DNA of 64,000 nt from Klebsormidium nitens (lineage: Eukaryota > Plantae > Klebsormidiophyceae). The stretch spans positions 21,216-85,215 of the forward strand of contig DF237349.1 of the NCBI GenBank assembly GCA_000708835.1, given 5' to 3'. This document shows positions 37,501 to 49,100 of this stretch, in pieces. Under the pieces are notes generated by a model. It worked only from the letters and a program-made list of their open reading frames with translations, made no database searches and had not been told where the DNA came from. The translations under genes and the position numbers were made by a program. Numbering within the stretch: position 1 is the first letter of the stretch; every line of letters starts with the position of its first letter.

Positions 37501-40500
37501 CGGTCGACCTGTGCGCGCGCAGAGAGCTCCGTGCATTACAGTTTTGCTCGTTTGCACCTTGCCTCGTGAAATCTTTTTTCAAAGGTGGGACTTTGAAAAT
37601 GAAATTGACTTCTTCTTTCGGATAATGCCTTGTTTCATTCCTCTGCGAACTTCTGGGAGTTTGGAAAAGGGATGTAAGAGTTTGGCGGTCTTCGGAATTT
37701 TTTATACGCACCCACCCGTGTACTCAACGTCATTTTCATGATGACGACAAAGTGAGTCACGGGAACGCGCAATTATTGGCACCCGCGTATGTAATTGTTC
37801 GATTTTTCGCGACTCCTATTTCACCTGGGAAGCCTGCTCTATACTTTACACCCGTTTCTGGGCTATCCTTCGTTTCTCTAAAGCTGTTTTTGCAAGAGCA
37901 AATCGTTCAAGAAATGAAGAAAGAATCGAAGAGATATGAGCCGGTGTTGACATTGGATTTGCCGAGATGAAGGTCCGGGTGTCCTAGCACGTTTGGAGCA
38001 TAAAAGAGCTCAAAGTCTCTTCATCAATAAAAAAGGCTAACGTATTTTTTGCCGGTTTTCAAGACCGGTACTTTCAACCGCTCAGACACTTAATAATATT
38101 TGCTCGCTCGGTGAAATTGGTAAACACATCTTTTAGGGCGGAATTCTGTCCAAGAATTCTTAAAATTTCGAGCCTCGGTAGCCTAGGACAATTTTGTTCA
38201 GGAAAAATGTCTCACAATCTATGTTTCAATTTGTTTCAATGGGATCTTGGCTATCCTCCTTTTTTCAAAACTGGCTTTGCTAAATCTGATTCCGCAAGAA
38301 CGTCGAAGGGTCTCGTGGCTATTCTTCTTTTGTCGAAACTCGCTTTGCTACACCAAGATATCTAGAAACGATGAAAGGGAAGAAGGAAAATGAGCGCACC
38401 TGAATGGACAAGGTTTCGGACGCCAAGGAGGGGTTTCCGTTGGTGTCCGTTGCAGCGCTGTCCGCAATCCCCACGCGGACCCAGCCGTCGACCGCGACTT
38501 TCACGGAGAAGCTATAGGCCGCCCCTGAGGACGTTGTCCCCGAGGAGTCTTCTAAAGCTTTGAGCTGCAGCAAGACGAAATTGCTTTGGTTGGGCTTGAT
38601 CTTGTGCTGATCTTGAAAGTTAACGGTCAAATGTAGAGTCCGCTCCAGTTTTGTTTTTCCCCAAAATTGAGACTCTTCCAAGGCCATCCAAGAAGACTTC
38701 GTCAGTCTGTTACGTGACAGAACGTTTCACTTCTGTGTGATATTTACGTAACAGCAACCTTTGTGGCCGGATTAAGTTTTGGAGTTTAGCATACCAATCG
38801 TCGCAGTTAGCAACGGATTGAAGGTTAAACTCAGTTTGGCGGTAAGACCGTTAGGAAAGCATAAAAGCCGCAGGTTCCGCCCACTGAAGGAAAGGCAACG
38901 CAGCGTATGGAGGATAGCGAGAGTAGATGAACCCACCTCCCCCGCTGATCCTCCAACCACAACGATTGACTTCGCCGCAAACCCCGTGACCGGGTTGCCG
39001 AAATCCACCGTAAAGTTTAGCAACCCCGCGTTGGTTCTCCGAACCACGTACGTCGTGTTGCCAAAGACGCTAATGGTCCCCGGGATGTCCGTCGCCAGGA
39101 CGGGGATCCCCCTGACGTCATTGAATGTCACATTTCCCGCGGCCGCGGGGCTCAGGTTGCCGGCCGCGTCGGCGCAGGCGCCGGCCGCAACCGTCAGGCT
39201 GACGTCATACATCCCGCTCGCCGAGGGTGCGAGGTTGAGCGCGAGCGAACTCGCGCTCAGAAGTTGCGCGCTCTTCGCCACAATCGTCGCCTTAGTCACA
39301 CCGATCTTCGCCAGGAGACTCGAGCTGATGTTGAGGCCCGCGCCGCACGTGGAGTTCGCTGACGCGTTGCTGACGCCAGCGCAGTTCGGGAAGCCGAAGT
39401 TGACGCAGGGTTTCGAAAACGTGATGCGCAAGGGCATCGGGTTTCGGTTCGTCGGCGAAGCGCCCAGATCGATCGTGGCCACAGGATCGATCGTATCGAC
39501 CGTCCAGGTCACTCTGCTGAATGCCGTTAACCCGACCGGGTTAGTCACGGTTATCACCAACTTATGGGCTCCGTCTGAGACTCCGAGATACGTCACTTGG
39601 CCGACGGAACCGCCCGTGAAGCAGTCGTCCAGCGGGCCGCCGTCCAGCTGACACGTGTACCCGCAATTAATGCAGGTGGGCGTGCTGTCGTTTGCGACGA
39701 ACGCGACGAACGCGCGCGTGGTGTTGACCAGGTTAGCGGGCTGGGTTAGGATGGTTAGCGTGGGCGGAACGAGGTCGACGGTCCAGTTGAAGGTGACAGC
39801 AGCGCCGACGTTTCCCGCCTACGGAAAGGAGATGCGTTCAGTTGAGCGGAAGGAAAGACGGCGTATCTCAAAAGTAGCTCTGAGAGGGCGGACTGCGGAA
39901 AGAACTTCGAAGGTTCAACATCGTACGATCAGAAAACTTTGACCGGTTTGACACCGGTGATTTGGATAAGGACTCACATCTCAGGAAGAAATAGGGGAAA
40001 CGATATGAAAAACAGGCGGGGACTCAATTCCATCCGATGAGTCGCCTCCTAATTCAACCTCAAATGTGGCTCAGTGTTTCTTTTTCAAAGCTCGAGAAAG
40101 TGCGTTTCCAAAACCCTCTTCATTTAGTTCCGCTCTCGTTCCGCTTTTGTAGGTCTCCACGGAGACGCAGGTCTACGAAGCTCCCGGGCCCCGCCAGCAA
40201 TATCGCGGGTCTACGATTCTTGAAACGGAGTCAAGTCTTAAGCGAAAAAGCTTCACAGTCTTTGAAAACTTGCGGTCCCTAGAGGAGCCGAAGTGCGGAT
40301 TGCGCGAAGCACCGTCGGAAGAAATAGAACGGCTCAAATCTTCTCATCTGTCCCTAGGCTCAATAATCTCTCAAGGTTAATCCCAAAATCCTACTTTTTA
40401 CCAACATGCTTCTTCGCGAAGTTTCTTGAAAGGTTCTCAACAAGCCGTCCGGCGCAATCTGCTTGTATTGCATGCACACTCTTGCGTAAGCGTGTTGATT

Positions 40501-43500
40501 GCAAACCGAGAGGACATCGTCGTACGACGCTGATCCGAATTGTGAGCAACTGTAATAGTGAAGGTAGGAATACGATTCCTTTCAAATCTTTAAGCTTCAG
40601 TGCCCCGAAAACCCAAAACTTCTAGAACGTTCCGTTCTGAACGGCAAAGTTCATTTCTATGGCACATGACAATACCACACAGATGATAAACATAACGTTC
40701 GCGGGACCCATCATTGAAGTGCGAAGCGATTTTCAGGAGAACGCGGGGAGAACGCTCCCTTACTTGGTTCGTCGGCACGATTGTAAATGCGTGGCTCGTC
40801 GTCTTCCCCGGCGATCCAAGCCCCGGATACTTCGCCCCTTGCGCCGGCGTGCATGCTTGCACCGGCAACGAGTCCAGCTGACACATGAACGTGCAACGTG
40901 CGCAGCTGACGTCATAATCGTCCGTCGCCGTGAACGTGAAACTCGCGGCGTCGGACGTCGTCCTCGCCGCGGGCGATCCGGTGATGGTAACGGTGGGGCC
41001 CGTCAGCTGGACGAGCCACGACGCGGTGGTAACGGTCTTCAAGTTGCCGTCGGGGTCCGTCACGGTGATCGACAGGTTGTGCGCGCCTTGCGCGAGCGCG
41101 GGGAAGATGGCCGCGCCCGGCGACTGCGCGCACGGCTGCGCGGCGCCGCCGTCGAGCGCGCACGCGAACGCGCACGCCGCGCAGCGCGCGACGATGCCCC
41201 CGATCGCGCCTTGGAAGCGGAAGCTCGCGATTGGAGAATTCGACAGCGTCGCCGGCTGTTGGAGAATCGTGACCGTTGGGGCGCTCAGATCGACGGTCCA
41301 GAAGAGGGATACGATCGGGCCGACGTTCCAGGCCGCGTCTGTGGCTCGGGCGTGAAACGAGTGTAACCCGGGGGTTAACCCGGTAACCGTGTAGTTCGTT
41401 TTCGTTGCCGTGCAGTCAGCGAAAGGCGCGGAATCCAACGCGCAGGCTAAAGTAGTCGGGAGGGGGTCGCTGCTGTTGAAGGAGATCACCGCGGTTTGGA
41501 GGCTGGTTATGGAGTGGTTAGCGGGGCCGCCGGAGAAGGTGACACTGGGGGCGTCCGTGTGGAGGAGCCACGTGACCTGCGAAACGGAAGCGGAAACGTA
41601 AGCAAGATCTCGTGAGAAGGAATTTCACACCGACATTGTGATTGAGAAGAGATTTTCTCGATCGGTCGAGAACGCTTCGAACGAGACTGGTCGATTCGAG
41701 ACGGATAAATGCTCCGTGACGGCTAAGGGGATTCTGAAACAGGAAAGGCGACAAAGCGTAAAAAAGATTTCGTTCGTCACTGTGGACGGGACTTGACGGC
41801 TGCTGATGTGACTGAGGAAAATTTAAGGTTTTGATCGCGAGCAGGGGACCCAAAGTCTTCACGAAGGGAAGATTCGCCCGTTCAGAAACAGTAGGCAGGC
41901 GGTGTCTTGGCTTTGCTAATAAAAGGGACGCACGACATGCTTTCTAACTCCCCTTTGTTCGGCCACGAATCACAGTAAGGGGGACGGTTGTTGCGAATGG
42001 GAAAGCCTGCTGCCGACGTTGACGATATAATTGCAGATAGACCAAAAGCAATAACAAGGATTGCAAAGCGGCGGGTGACTCCTTCCTCTCGGACAATGGC
42101 TCTTCGAAAGACCTACTCATCAAAGTGGGTTTTCCGTCCCACACGTCAGACTCTGGGGGTGCCATGCTTACTGAGAAATGTCGGGTCAAGGAAACGCGGA
42201 ACTCATTTTATGCTAGCCGTAAGACCCATTTTAAGGGTTGTGTCCTTTCACATCTTACTTGAAAGGACCTGTGGATTACAAAGTCTGGTGCTTTCAGTCT
42301 GAGTCTCAGATCCATGAAACCAAAAACTTCGAGCCCCTCGGACTGCTCTAGAAAAATAATCCCATTCTGCAAGCGTCGCATTTGTGCACAATTAATTCCA
42401 ATTCGCTCATGGCCCCACAAGTTTTATGCCCAACAGCTCCTACTAAACTGCATGAGCTATCGATGTCGAACTTCGGTGTAAGCTGATATCTCGGCTTCCA
42501 CACTGAGTTCTGACTACGCAGAACGGTTGAGCGGTCCCCGCAGAATCGAGCCCTACGAACTTCGCATAGACTTTCCATGCAGGTTGCCTACGCTGTTCGC
42601 TTACTTCGGCTGCCGTCCCATGACGCCCGCTTTCCCCCACATTGTCATTCTCAGTCCCGTCATTTTCTGCCACAGTACTTAAAGTACCTGGAAATCTCTA
42701 GATGAACGAAACAACACGAGGCCTCATGTCGCGCACGAGCGATTGTCACACGTCCGCCACTGCGCCACAGACGCACAATTTATTCGCATTCCGGGTCCAG
42801 CCCAACAGTTCGGTCACTCGCTGCCACAATACCTCAGCACCCAAGGAGCATACATACCGAACCAATCCGCGACCCGATGGAGCGCATAAGCTATCCACTT
42901 ACCTCCGCCAACATCCTTTTCACGCACGCTTTCCCTCGGTTCGGATCCTCCCCCAAACTCCGGCCACGCTTTCGAGTCCCAGACACCCAGGGAGTTAAGT
43001 AATAAGCTATCAAAAGCTCTCGCCTCACCTCCGCCACCGTGCCGTTCACGCACGCACTCCGCAGTTCGGCTCCTGCCTCGCATTGCACTCATTCGCGATC
43101 CCAGTACCATATAAGCACCCCAGAATCCCCAGAAGCTCAAATACGAACCGATATGCGACCCGATGTCACTCATAAGCTATTGCCTCACCTCGGCCACCGT
43201 TCCGTTCACGCACGCGTTCCCGCAGTTCGGCTCCTGCCCCCACAGATCAAGCACGTACGGCCCCTCTTCTAACGCGGGCGACAGCGCCTTGCTGCTGACG
43301 TAAGTCCCGTTCGGCCCTTGCGTCGGCGCCTCTTTTAACACGTCACAATGCTGGTCGACCCCGTTCAGCGTGCAGAATGCGGCGCACGAGGGGCAGTCGT
43401 TTCCGGCGCCGTCGATCGCGTACCACGAGATCGACCAACCGGAGGAGGTGTTTGTGTAACGGGGGGGGTATGTGACGAGGACCATTTGCACTCGCCCAGT

Positions 43501-43607
43501 GCCGGAGAGGAGGCGCCGGGAGGATGCGGGGAGCGGAATGCAGGGGGCGGAGTGCGGCGTAGAGGGAATGGTTTGCGGCGTGGAGGGAAGGGTCTGCGGC
43601 GAGGGTT
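25586..43607 (-). CDS. Giant (>1900 aa) protein: tandem Cys-containing bacterial-Ig-like repeats, ~8 TM helices (TRP/FLC-like C-terminal module) and a ~530-aa disordered Ser/Arg tail. Exons 43607-43189, 41576-40764, 39818-38937, 38564-38400, 37508-37214, 36652-36534, 35843-35745, 34804-34625, 34120-34059, 32966-32764, 32378-32275, 31501-31216, 30282-30086, 28466-28207, 27200-25586; first exon unresolved
   Basis: Fifteen exons join with matching phases at GT-AG sites into one ORF (5699 nt). Repeats have the form P-T-V-T-I...F-x-F...C-x-x-C-x-F-x-C-x-LDG...C...G-x-H-x-F-x-V...D-x-x-GN...W-T-V-D. The TM part includes QRFAMVNHLA, ILMFPRCE and FKPY. It resembles land-plant Ig-like membrane proteins (At3g48200-type, from memory; needs BLAST). 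Confidence 0.85.
27540..28120 (-). repeat. Series of ~5 progressively degenerate copies of the end and donor of exon 28466-28207 (~120-130-bp period)
   Basis: 28058-28113 is nearly identical to 28199-28255 (cgctcacttgtaccactggtgcacgagctgcaccagaacggacagcagctgcgc). Weaker copies near 27900, 27780, 27660 and 27545 each begin with ttccgttcc. Confidence 0.9.
28555..28945 (-). repeat. Two intronic copies of the acceptor and start of exon 28466
   Basis: cag|gtggttatcctgttcgtttattctc near 28606 (1-nt deletion) and cag|gtggtcatcttgttcgtttactccttctttcagctctcctacctcatgttc near 28932 (VVILFVYSFFQLSYLMF). Confidence 0.92.
29545..29960 (-). repeat. Three intronic copies of the end and donor of exon 30282-30086 (~165-bp period)
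   Basis: Copies of gtgtacctcgtcaagaagatgttgtacggactactgttcggattgtacggaggaaaagaaagctggacccag|gt at about 29885-29957, 29715-29795 and 29548-29625, each ending in a GT donor-like site. Confidence 0.92.
30340..30660 (-). repeat. ~120-bp tandem repeats upstream of exon 30282 containing copies of its acceptor region
   Basis: gaaaagatcagccggaaggaattatgctggg...ttttcagcggttcgtcacgc...cttcttttcgtcc repeated about three times; cttcttttcgtcc also occurs in the exon start at 30266-30278. Confidence 0.85.
31100..31185 (-). repeat. Two extra copies of the donor site of exon 31501-31216
   Basis: gtgcgcacctggcggcgggttaaaccc near 31103 and gtgcgcacctggcg near 31157 versus the true site at 31209-31235. Confidence 0.9.
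33075..33850 (-). repeat. Four intronic copies of the acceptor and first ~25 codons of exon 32966
   Basis: Copies of tggtcaactttcgaccgcgttatcggctggtccctcctcttagtcttcggctcgacggcgctgcacatg at about 33075-33147, 33244-33305, 33420-33486 and 33775-33838. Confidence 0.92.
33550..33720 (-). repeat. Dispersed ~150-bp repeat, copy 1 (inverted relative to the other copies)
   Basis: Reverse complement reads taagctccgactaacactgaaaaccctaaccc...cgctccgcacccctacccaccctaa...ccctacccgtcccagt...ttattat, matching 34910-35070. Confidence 0.75.
34910..35070 (+). repeat. Dispersed ~150-bp repeat, copy 2 (further partial copies at ~36995-37045 and ~61130-61220)
   Basis: taagctccaactaacacttaaaaacctaaccc...tgctccgcacccgtactcaccctaaccccc...accccacccgtcccagg...ttattat. 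The core cgctccgcacccta...accccacccgtc recurs at 61157-61204. Confidence 0.75.
42890..43090 (-). repeat. Two intronic copies of the end and donor of exon 43607-43189
   Basis: 43022-43078 (gagccgaactgcggagtgcgtgcgtgaacggcacggtggcggag|gtgagg) and a more decayed copy at about 42895-42955 ending in gag|gtaagt. Confidence 0.9.
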
Positions 43608-44469
43608 CTGTAAAACGGAAGAGGATGAGTGAGTTGCCGCACAGTTTGAACGGGAAGTGACGTGGAGAGAGAAGTTCGTGGACGGGATCTAGGATGGGGT
43701 GGTGAAGTGTGAAACGGTCGAGTTACCGGCGAGCGTCAGCAACGAACGGCACAGCACGGGAATTACTTTGTGCGGTAAACGTTGGATAAATGAATCGATG
43801 AGCCTGCTGGGCCCTGTCAAGGGTGTGGTACAGTAGAAGCTTCTGATGTCATGCCACGAGAGTACTAGGAAAGCGGGTAATGACTTTCTTTTTCGAAAAG
43901 TACAGCTAGTTCTGAAAGCGGAGTCAGCATGTTCAGCGGCCTTCCAAACATAAACGACAAATTTGGGTCTTGTTTCTGGACAGTGACCTGATTTAACCAA
44001 GGGACTGCAGCTCTTACAGAACGCTTTCTCAAGCAAAGCGCTTCTGCTGGTCCAGACAAAGTTTGCATTAACTATCGTGGACTATTCGGGCTATGCCTCA
44101 GACGCTGCCCTCCGGTCTCAGATCTGAGCAGCTTTTTGCCCCTCCTACCACTGCTTGCACAAAGAAGGCAGTGATTTGTCTTTCCATGCTGGGCAAGGAT
44201 GCATAGCTCACAGAAATCTCATCCGCAAGGCGAGTTGTGAGCAATGGGTATGAGAAACAGAATGGACTTTGAACGACCGCTACATGTGGCGCTGTGTGAT
44301 TGACAAGCAAGCTCTTTGGGCGTGGACTTCTATCTGAGCTCCTCGCTCCATGATATTGATCCACTTGCAACCATGCTTCAGCCACAAAGCTGCATTGTGT
44401 ATGCCTTCTTACACGCATTTTCAGTCACCGCTAAGGCACAAGATGGACGGAAGCTTCTTTTATCCAGAT

Positions 44470-44721
44470 TTAAATAGTGCTAAAGCTGCAGACTTGCGCT
44501 TGCTTTTGGAAATTGAACAGGAAAAGGGGCAAGCCTTTGACGTAAGCAGGAAGTATGCACGGCTGAGACCCCGGAAACATATCGAGGCGGCGCTGACCTG
44601 CTGTTACGGCCATGCCTGCAGCCCAGCTCAACAGAATGCCGACCCAGAGCAACAACAGACCAGCTCGTTTGCTCCGGTGTCGCTCCATTGTGCCCCAAGG
44701 GAATGCTGAGCCCAAGCTCAT
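44470..44721 (-). CDS. Candidate signal-peptide first exon of the giant Ig-like membrane protein
   Basis: MERHRSKRAGLLLLWVGILLSWAAGMAVTA looks like a signal peptide on the correct strand about 1 kb upstream of the phase-1 acceptor at 43607. I could not find a convincing phase-1 donor. Confidence 0.4.
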   Translation of the reverse strand: MSLGSAFPWGTMERHRSKRAGLLLLWVGILLSWAAGMAVTAGQRRLDMFPGSQPCILPAYVKGLPLFLFNFQKQAQVCSFSTI

Positions 44722-45665
44722 TGGTCCCGTGATATTTTGAGTCTGACGCCGCTGTCTGGTCGTCTTCGAGTGGCATTCTCTCAGCTAGAGGTCACCGCAG
44801 GCTGTGGCTTGCAATTGCATTGGTGCTTTTCTGTAACAGCATAGTCCCTGCTTTTTGCAACTCAGAAGTTCAAGGGTGTCTCAGGCTTGTCTGCTTCACG
44901 CTGGTTCTCCAGTTGATATCCTACTCTCGCCGCTGACCGTTGAAGTAAAAGCGTTCAGGCGTCAAATAACTGGAAAGACCTTCATGAGATTTAGCTTTCT
45001 CGTTCCGCCTCATTGGTGTCTAGCCTACCAGTCTTGACCTTTGAACATCGAGCTGATGCCCTTCAGCTTGCAGATGTGTCACAAGCCAGAGTTTACAAGG
45101 TATATGCTTTCCTTGCGAAGCACCTTTTGCTTGCCACTGAGCTCTCTTAAGAAGAGGCAAAGCTGCGCAGCTGCATGCAAAAGGCACCCTGGTTACCGGG
45201 GCGGTGATCTCCAGAGTCACATGCGGATCCCTGTGCCCTTCTGATTTACAAGACAATGAAGCTCCAGGCCTGGTGCAGGTGGTCAGTACAGACGGTGTTG
45301 CATATGTTGGTGGACGATCTTCCGGGACATGTTGTCGTGCTCACATTACATAGCACCAAGGCAAGCTGAAGGTGAAACAACAATGTGGTTGAGTGTACCC
45401 AAGTATACCTACAGGTATGTACTGTAGTCAGAACTACTTGACAGTAGGTATCGGTGAAGCTACATGCAGGTACTGGCGTACCTCGCTTTCCTGATTGCCC
45501 AGCAGAGATTGGAAACCTTCGTCCAACTGCCGCACCCTGCCCGTCGATCGATGAAACGGACGACCAGGATGGCCCTCGGCCGATTGGCTGCGTGCCACCT
45601 TTGACGCATGCAAATGGCGCCAACTTGACTATCAGAAATCTTAATCTTCAACTTTCAGCTCCATT

Positions 45666-46018
45666 GAGGCGTTTTACATGGAGGGTAAAGCCCCGACGGT
45701 AAGTCGAATTTCGGACTTACCACGACTTGCCTTTTACATGGTAGCGACTTACCGTGGTAACTCGACTTTACCGACGGTAAAGTAGGCCCCAATTCAACTC
45801 GTCGAAATCGATGAGGTAAACCGTGGTAAGTCGTGGTAAGTCCGAAATGAGTGCGGATTTGCCCTCGATCGGGACTTACCATCGACTTACCATCGGACCA
45901 TGTAAAAGGCCGATCGCAACGAGCCCACGGTAAGTCGGGGCGGTACAAGTTTAGTCGCGACAGTGCGCGGTAAGTCGGCACTTACCGTCGGCAAACTACC
46001 TCTCATGTAAAACGCCTC
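45666..46018. mobile_element. 353-bp non-autonomous DNA transposon (MITE), PIF/Harbinger (Tourist)-like
   Basis: TIRs gaggcgttttacatg / catgtaaaacgcctc (15 bp perfect, extended imperfectly to ccgacggtaagt / acttaccgtcgg). ATT lies immediately on both sides (45663-45665, 46019-46021), a 3-bp TSD. Many internal ggtaagtcg/cgacttacc subterminal motifs occur in both orientations. Confidence 0.88.
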
Positions 46019-46137
46019 ATTGCTCAGCTTGTCTTCTAACTTCCATGGCAGCCTAACTCTAAGTGCTGCAGGCGGTTCACCTTATTTTTTCTAGTTTCGA
46101 GCACTCGCCTCCTCTGACTTTGGTTTCTCTGGTTGCA

Positions 46138-49100
46138 ATGCCGTCCGATGCTGCCAAGAAGAAGGCTGCTCAAAAGCGGATAGCAGCCGCCACTAAACGG
46201 GTGCCAGGGGGCAAGAAAGATGCTGACGCTCCTGCCGGCGAAGAGCTTTCAGTACCTGAAAAGAATGACGGAGTGAGCTCTGAGACTCATGACTCAGCAC
46301 AGGGAAGTGCATCTGCGGGGCTGTCTGGAGGAGGGAAAGTTGAGAAGGTTAGAGGTGGGGGAGGAAGCAATGCCGCAGAGTGTAATGTGACGCGCATCGT
46401 GTTTCCAACGACTTTAAGCGCAAGGCAAAGGGCGCTTGTCCATGGTGAGCGACAAGCTCTGGAGAACGTCATTTCTTTTGCTTGATTCTACAAAGTGACC
46501 TGTGCCACCCATGCATAATAAAGTGAACCCACTACGGCATTCCGGTCAGGTCAACTGCCTAGCACTGGTGGTTCTTTGATACTCTGGTTCCCTATGGTCT
46601 GCTGAAAGAAGTCGCTAAAGGTGCCAGAGTATCCTTTATTCGATATTGATCAGTGTATCAATCAAGCTAAGGCTTCGGAGATCAAATTCAAGCGATGATC
46701 TCTACGATTGTTTACAAATCTTCTCCTCGCTACTTGATGATTTGTTGAAGATCTGGTGCTAATGCCGTTACCACCATGGGACGTGCATATTTCGGTACCA
46801 CAAATGTGCTAAAGTTGTTTCTTCTATCAGCGATGCCTCAAAAAACTTCCAGAAATAGGGGAGCCGAGAGTAATCCGGGCATCACTAAACAAGGGTAGTA
46901 GAATCAACAACCAGTGACCAAGTAGTCAAACCATGCTTCTTAGAAAATAAGCAACTTTGAGTTAGTGGTGTATATGTTGCATTGCCACACCACTGTCACT
47001 TCTTCGTTTGAAGTATCTTCTCTCCTTTTTTAATCCATTTGACTAAGTAGTCCGGAGAGTGGTACCAAGCAATCTTCCTATCGTTGGTAAGCCGGACTCC
47101 CTGAATAGGCCTACAGTGACCACAACCAGCCTTTCTCTTCTGATGAGCAGACTCAAATAGATGGTGACTGAACTGGCAACCCATCAAAACATGATCGTCG
47201 AATCTCTTCCCGACATGAGAAGCTGGCAAGTGCCAACAAAGTGCCGGATCCATCCCTTCCACAGAGGTGGTTGTATGGGAGACCAATTGTCTTGAGGAGT
47301 GCAACAATGCACTCAGCTCCCCAGCAGATTTTACAGGGGGCTAATGTTCAAAAAAGAAGTACACCTCTAACCAACACCTAACTCAACCCCTTAACCGAGA
47401 GTCTCCATTTGCAGAGGTGGCAGAGGAGGCGGGGTGGAACCACGCCAGCGCAGGCCCCACGGTAGACACGCGCAGACTCGCGCTCTGGCAGAATGCAGAG
47501 GGCGACCACCTCGACGTCCCCGAAACAGGGCCTTCGTTCGACGATGCCGACATCGCTGACGTTCTTGAACGCGTTCTTAGGATTTCAGTCCGGGACAAGT
47601 TTCTCGATGGGGGTGGTGCTGGGAAGAAGAGCGGAGAGAAGGGGGCGTCGGCGAAAGGAGGGGTGACGTCAGCAGGGAGGGGTGTGACGTCAGCCGGAAG
47701 AGGGATGAGATCAGCGGGGACCGGAATTGAAGCCACGGGGAAGACGGTGTCGTTGGAGGGGTTCGTGAGCGCTATGATGCCGTTGCTGGAGCTTGAGAAG
47801 GTGGGTTACATTCTTAATCCAACAGGTTGATTCAGCTTGTAGGTCAGAACCGCAATGGAACCTCGGTGGTTCGAAATTCTTGGTTAAAAGAGCCAGAGCT
47901 TCGGTCTGCGATAAGTTGGTTGGCCTGAGGCACTGCTGAAGTTTGAGAAGGCAGGTTAAAGTCCCCAACCGGGACTTGGTGAAGAAAACCAGTGACTGAG
48001 TGAAATACGGAAACTTTTCTTGTCTGGTTCTGTAGACATGGCAATGCAGCTGCTATCCCATCTGTGACCGGGTTGGGTTAAGCTTTTATCTGACAGAAGT
48101 GACCTAGCTTCGAAACCTGGTCTTTCGATCCGTTTTTGTTGAACCAATTGGAGAAAAGCCTTCGCTCCGCGAAATCCAATAATACCGCATTTGACCCTAT
48201 AAGCGAGCATTCTCTCTCATGAAGGCTAAGAGACCTCTTTTGTCAGATTTGCATGTCCTCTAAACAACAAAAAAACTCACCTCCATGCAACCTAGTCTTT
48301 CAGACACTCTTAATGTATTCCCAGACACCTCTGCAACACTATCGACGTTCCTTCTGTTCCTAGACGCTGCAGGAAGCCGAAGTCCGCTGCATCTACCGTG
48401 ACCAGCACCATGCTCAAACGTGAGATTGCCCAAGCCGAGCACTTTCGACGCTTTGCAATATCTCTCAAACACCTCTTGAACGCGATCGAAAACGTTGCTC
48501 CTACTGCCGAGGTCGCGGCATCCAACGTAACTAAACCCACGCTGAATCTGGGACCGCTCAGAAATGCGCTTCTAACCCCTGAGCGCTTTCGAACGCTCCT
48601 GAATACTCCTCGGACACTTTTTGGACGCATTTGGGGATTTCTGTTTTTATCAGCTCACTGCAGGACGCTGAGGTCGCCGCATCCACTGTGACCAACACCA
48701 CTCTCAAATACGAAACCGCCCATAAGCGTGGCCGCGCGCTTCACCATCTGAGCTCCTTCGGATACTGTCTGATAATTCTTCAACGAAGTTGAACATTCGT
48801 CACGTTTCTGCCCGTCAGAGGAAGCGGAGGTTGCGGCATCTACCGAAACCAACACCACGCTGAAATCCGAGACCGCCCAAAAACGCGGCCGCGCGTTTGG
48901 TCATTTCCGTTGTTATCACTCGATGCAGGAAGCCGAAGTTGCCGCATCTACCGGAACCAACACCACTCTGAAATCCGAGACCGCCCAAAAGCGCGGGCGC
49001 GCACTTCATTACCTGACACTTCATACACTTTTGGACACATTTCTGATACGTTCNNNNNNNNNNNNNNNNNNNNNNNNNNNNNNNNNNNNNNNNNNNNNNN

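Noticed and set aside
38779-41366. Long + strand ORFs (38779-39651, 40659-41366, 40930-41355)
   Set aside because: Antisense shadows of GC-rich exons of the minus-strand giant gene; no recognisable motifs.
37214-41576. Recent bacterial horizontal transfer of the Ig-like repeats
   Set aside because: The gene has at least 15 spliceosomal introns and host-like codon use, and related proteins appear to exist in land plants; nothing indicates a recent insertion.
44098-44418. 106-aa minus-strand ORF as exon 2 of the giant gene
   Set aside because: No splice-site pair found that gives the phase-1 junction required at 43607 without creating a stop.
46996-47307. 103-aa antisense ORF and UGAUGA/CUGA boxes in helicase intron 1 (nested gene or C/D snoRNA)
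   Set aside because: No recognisable domain, alternative start codon, and no terminal stem or rRNA-complementary guide evident.
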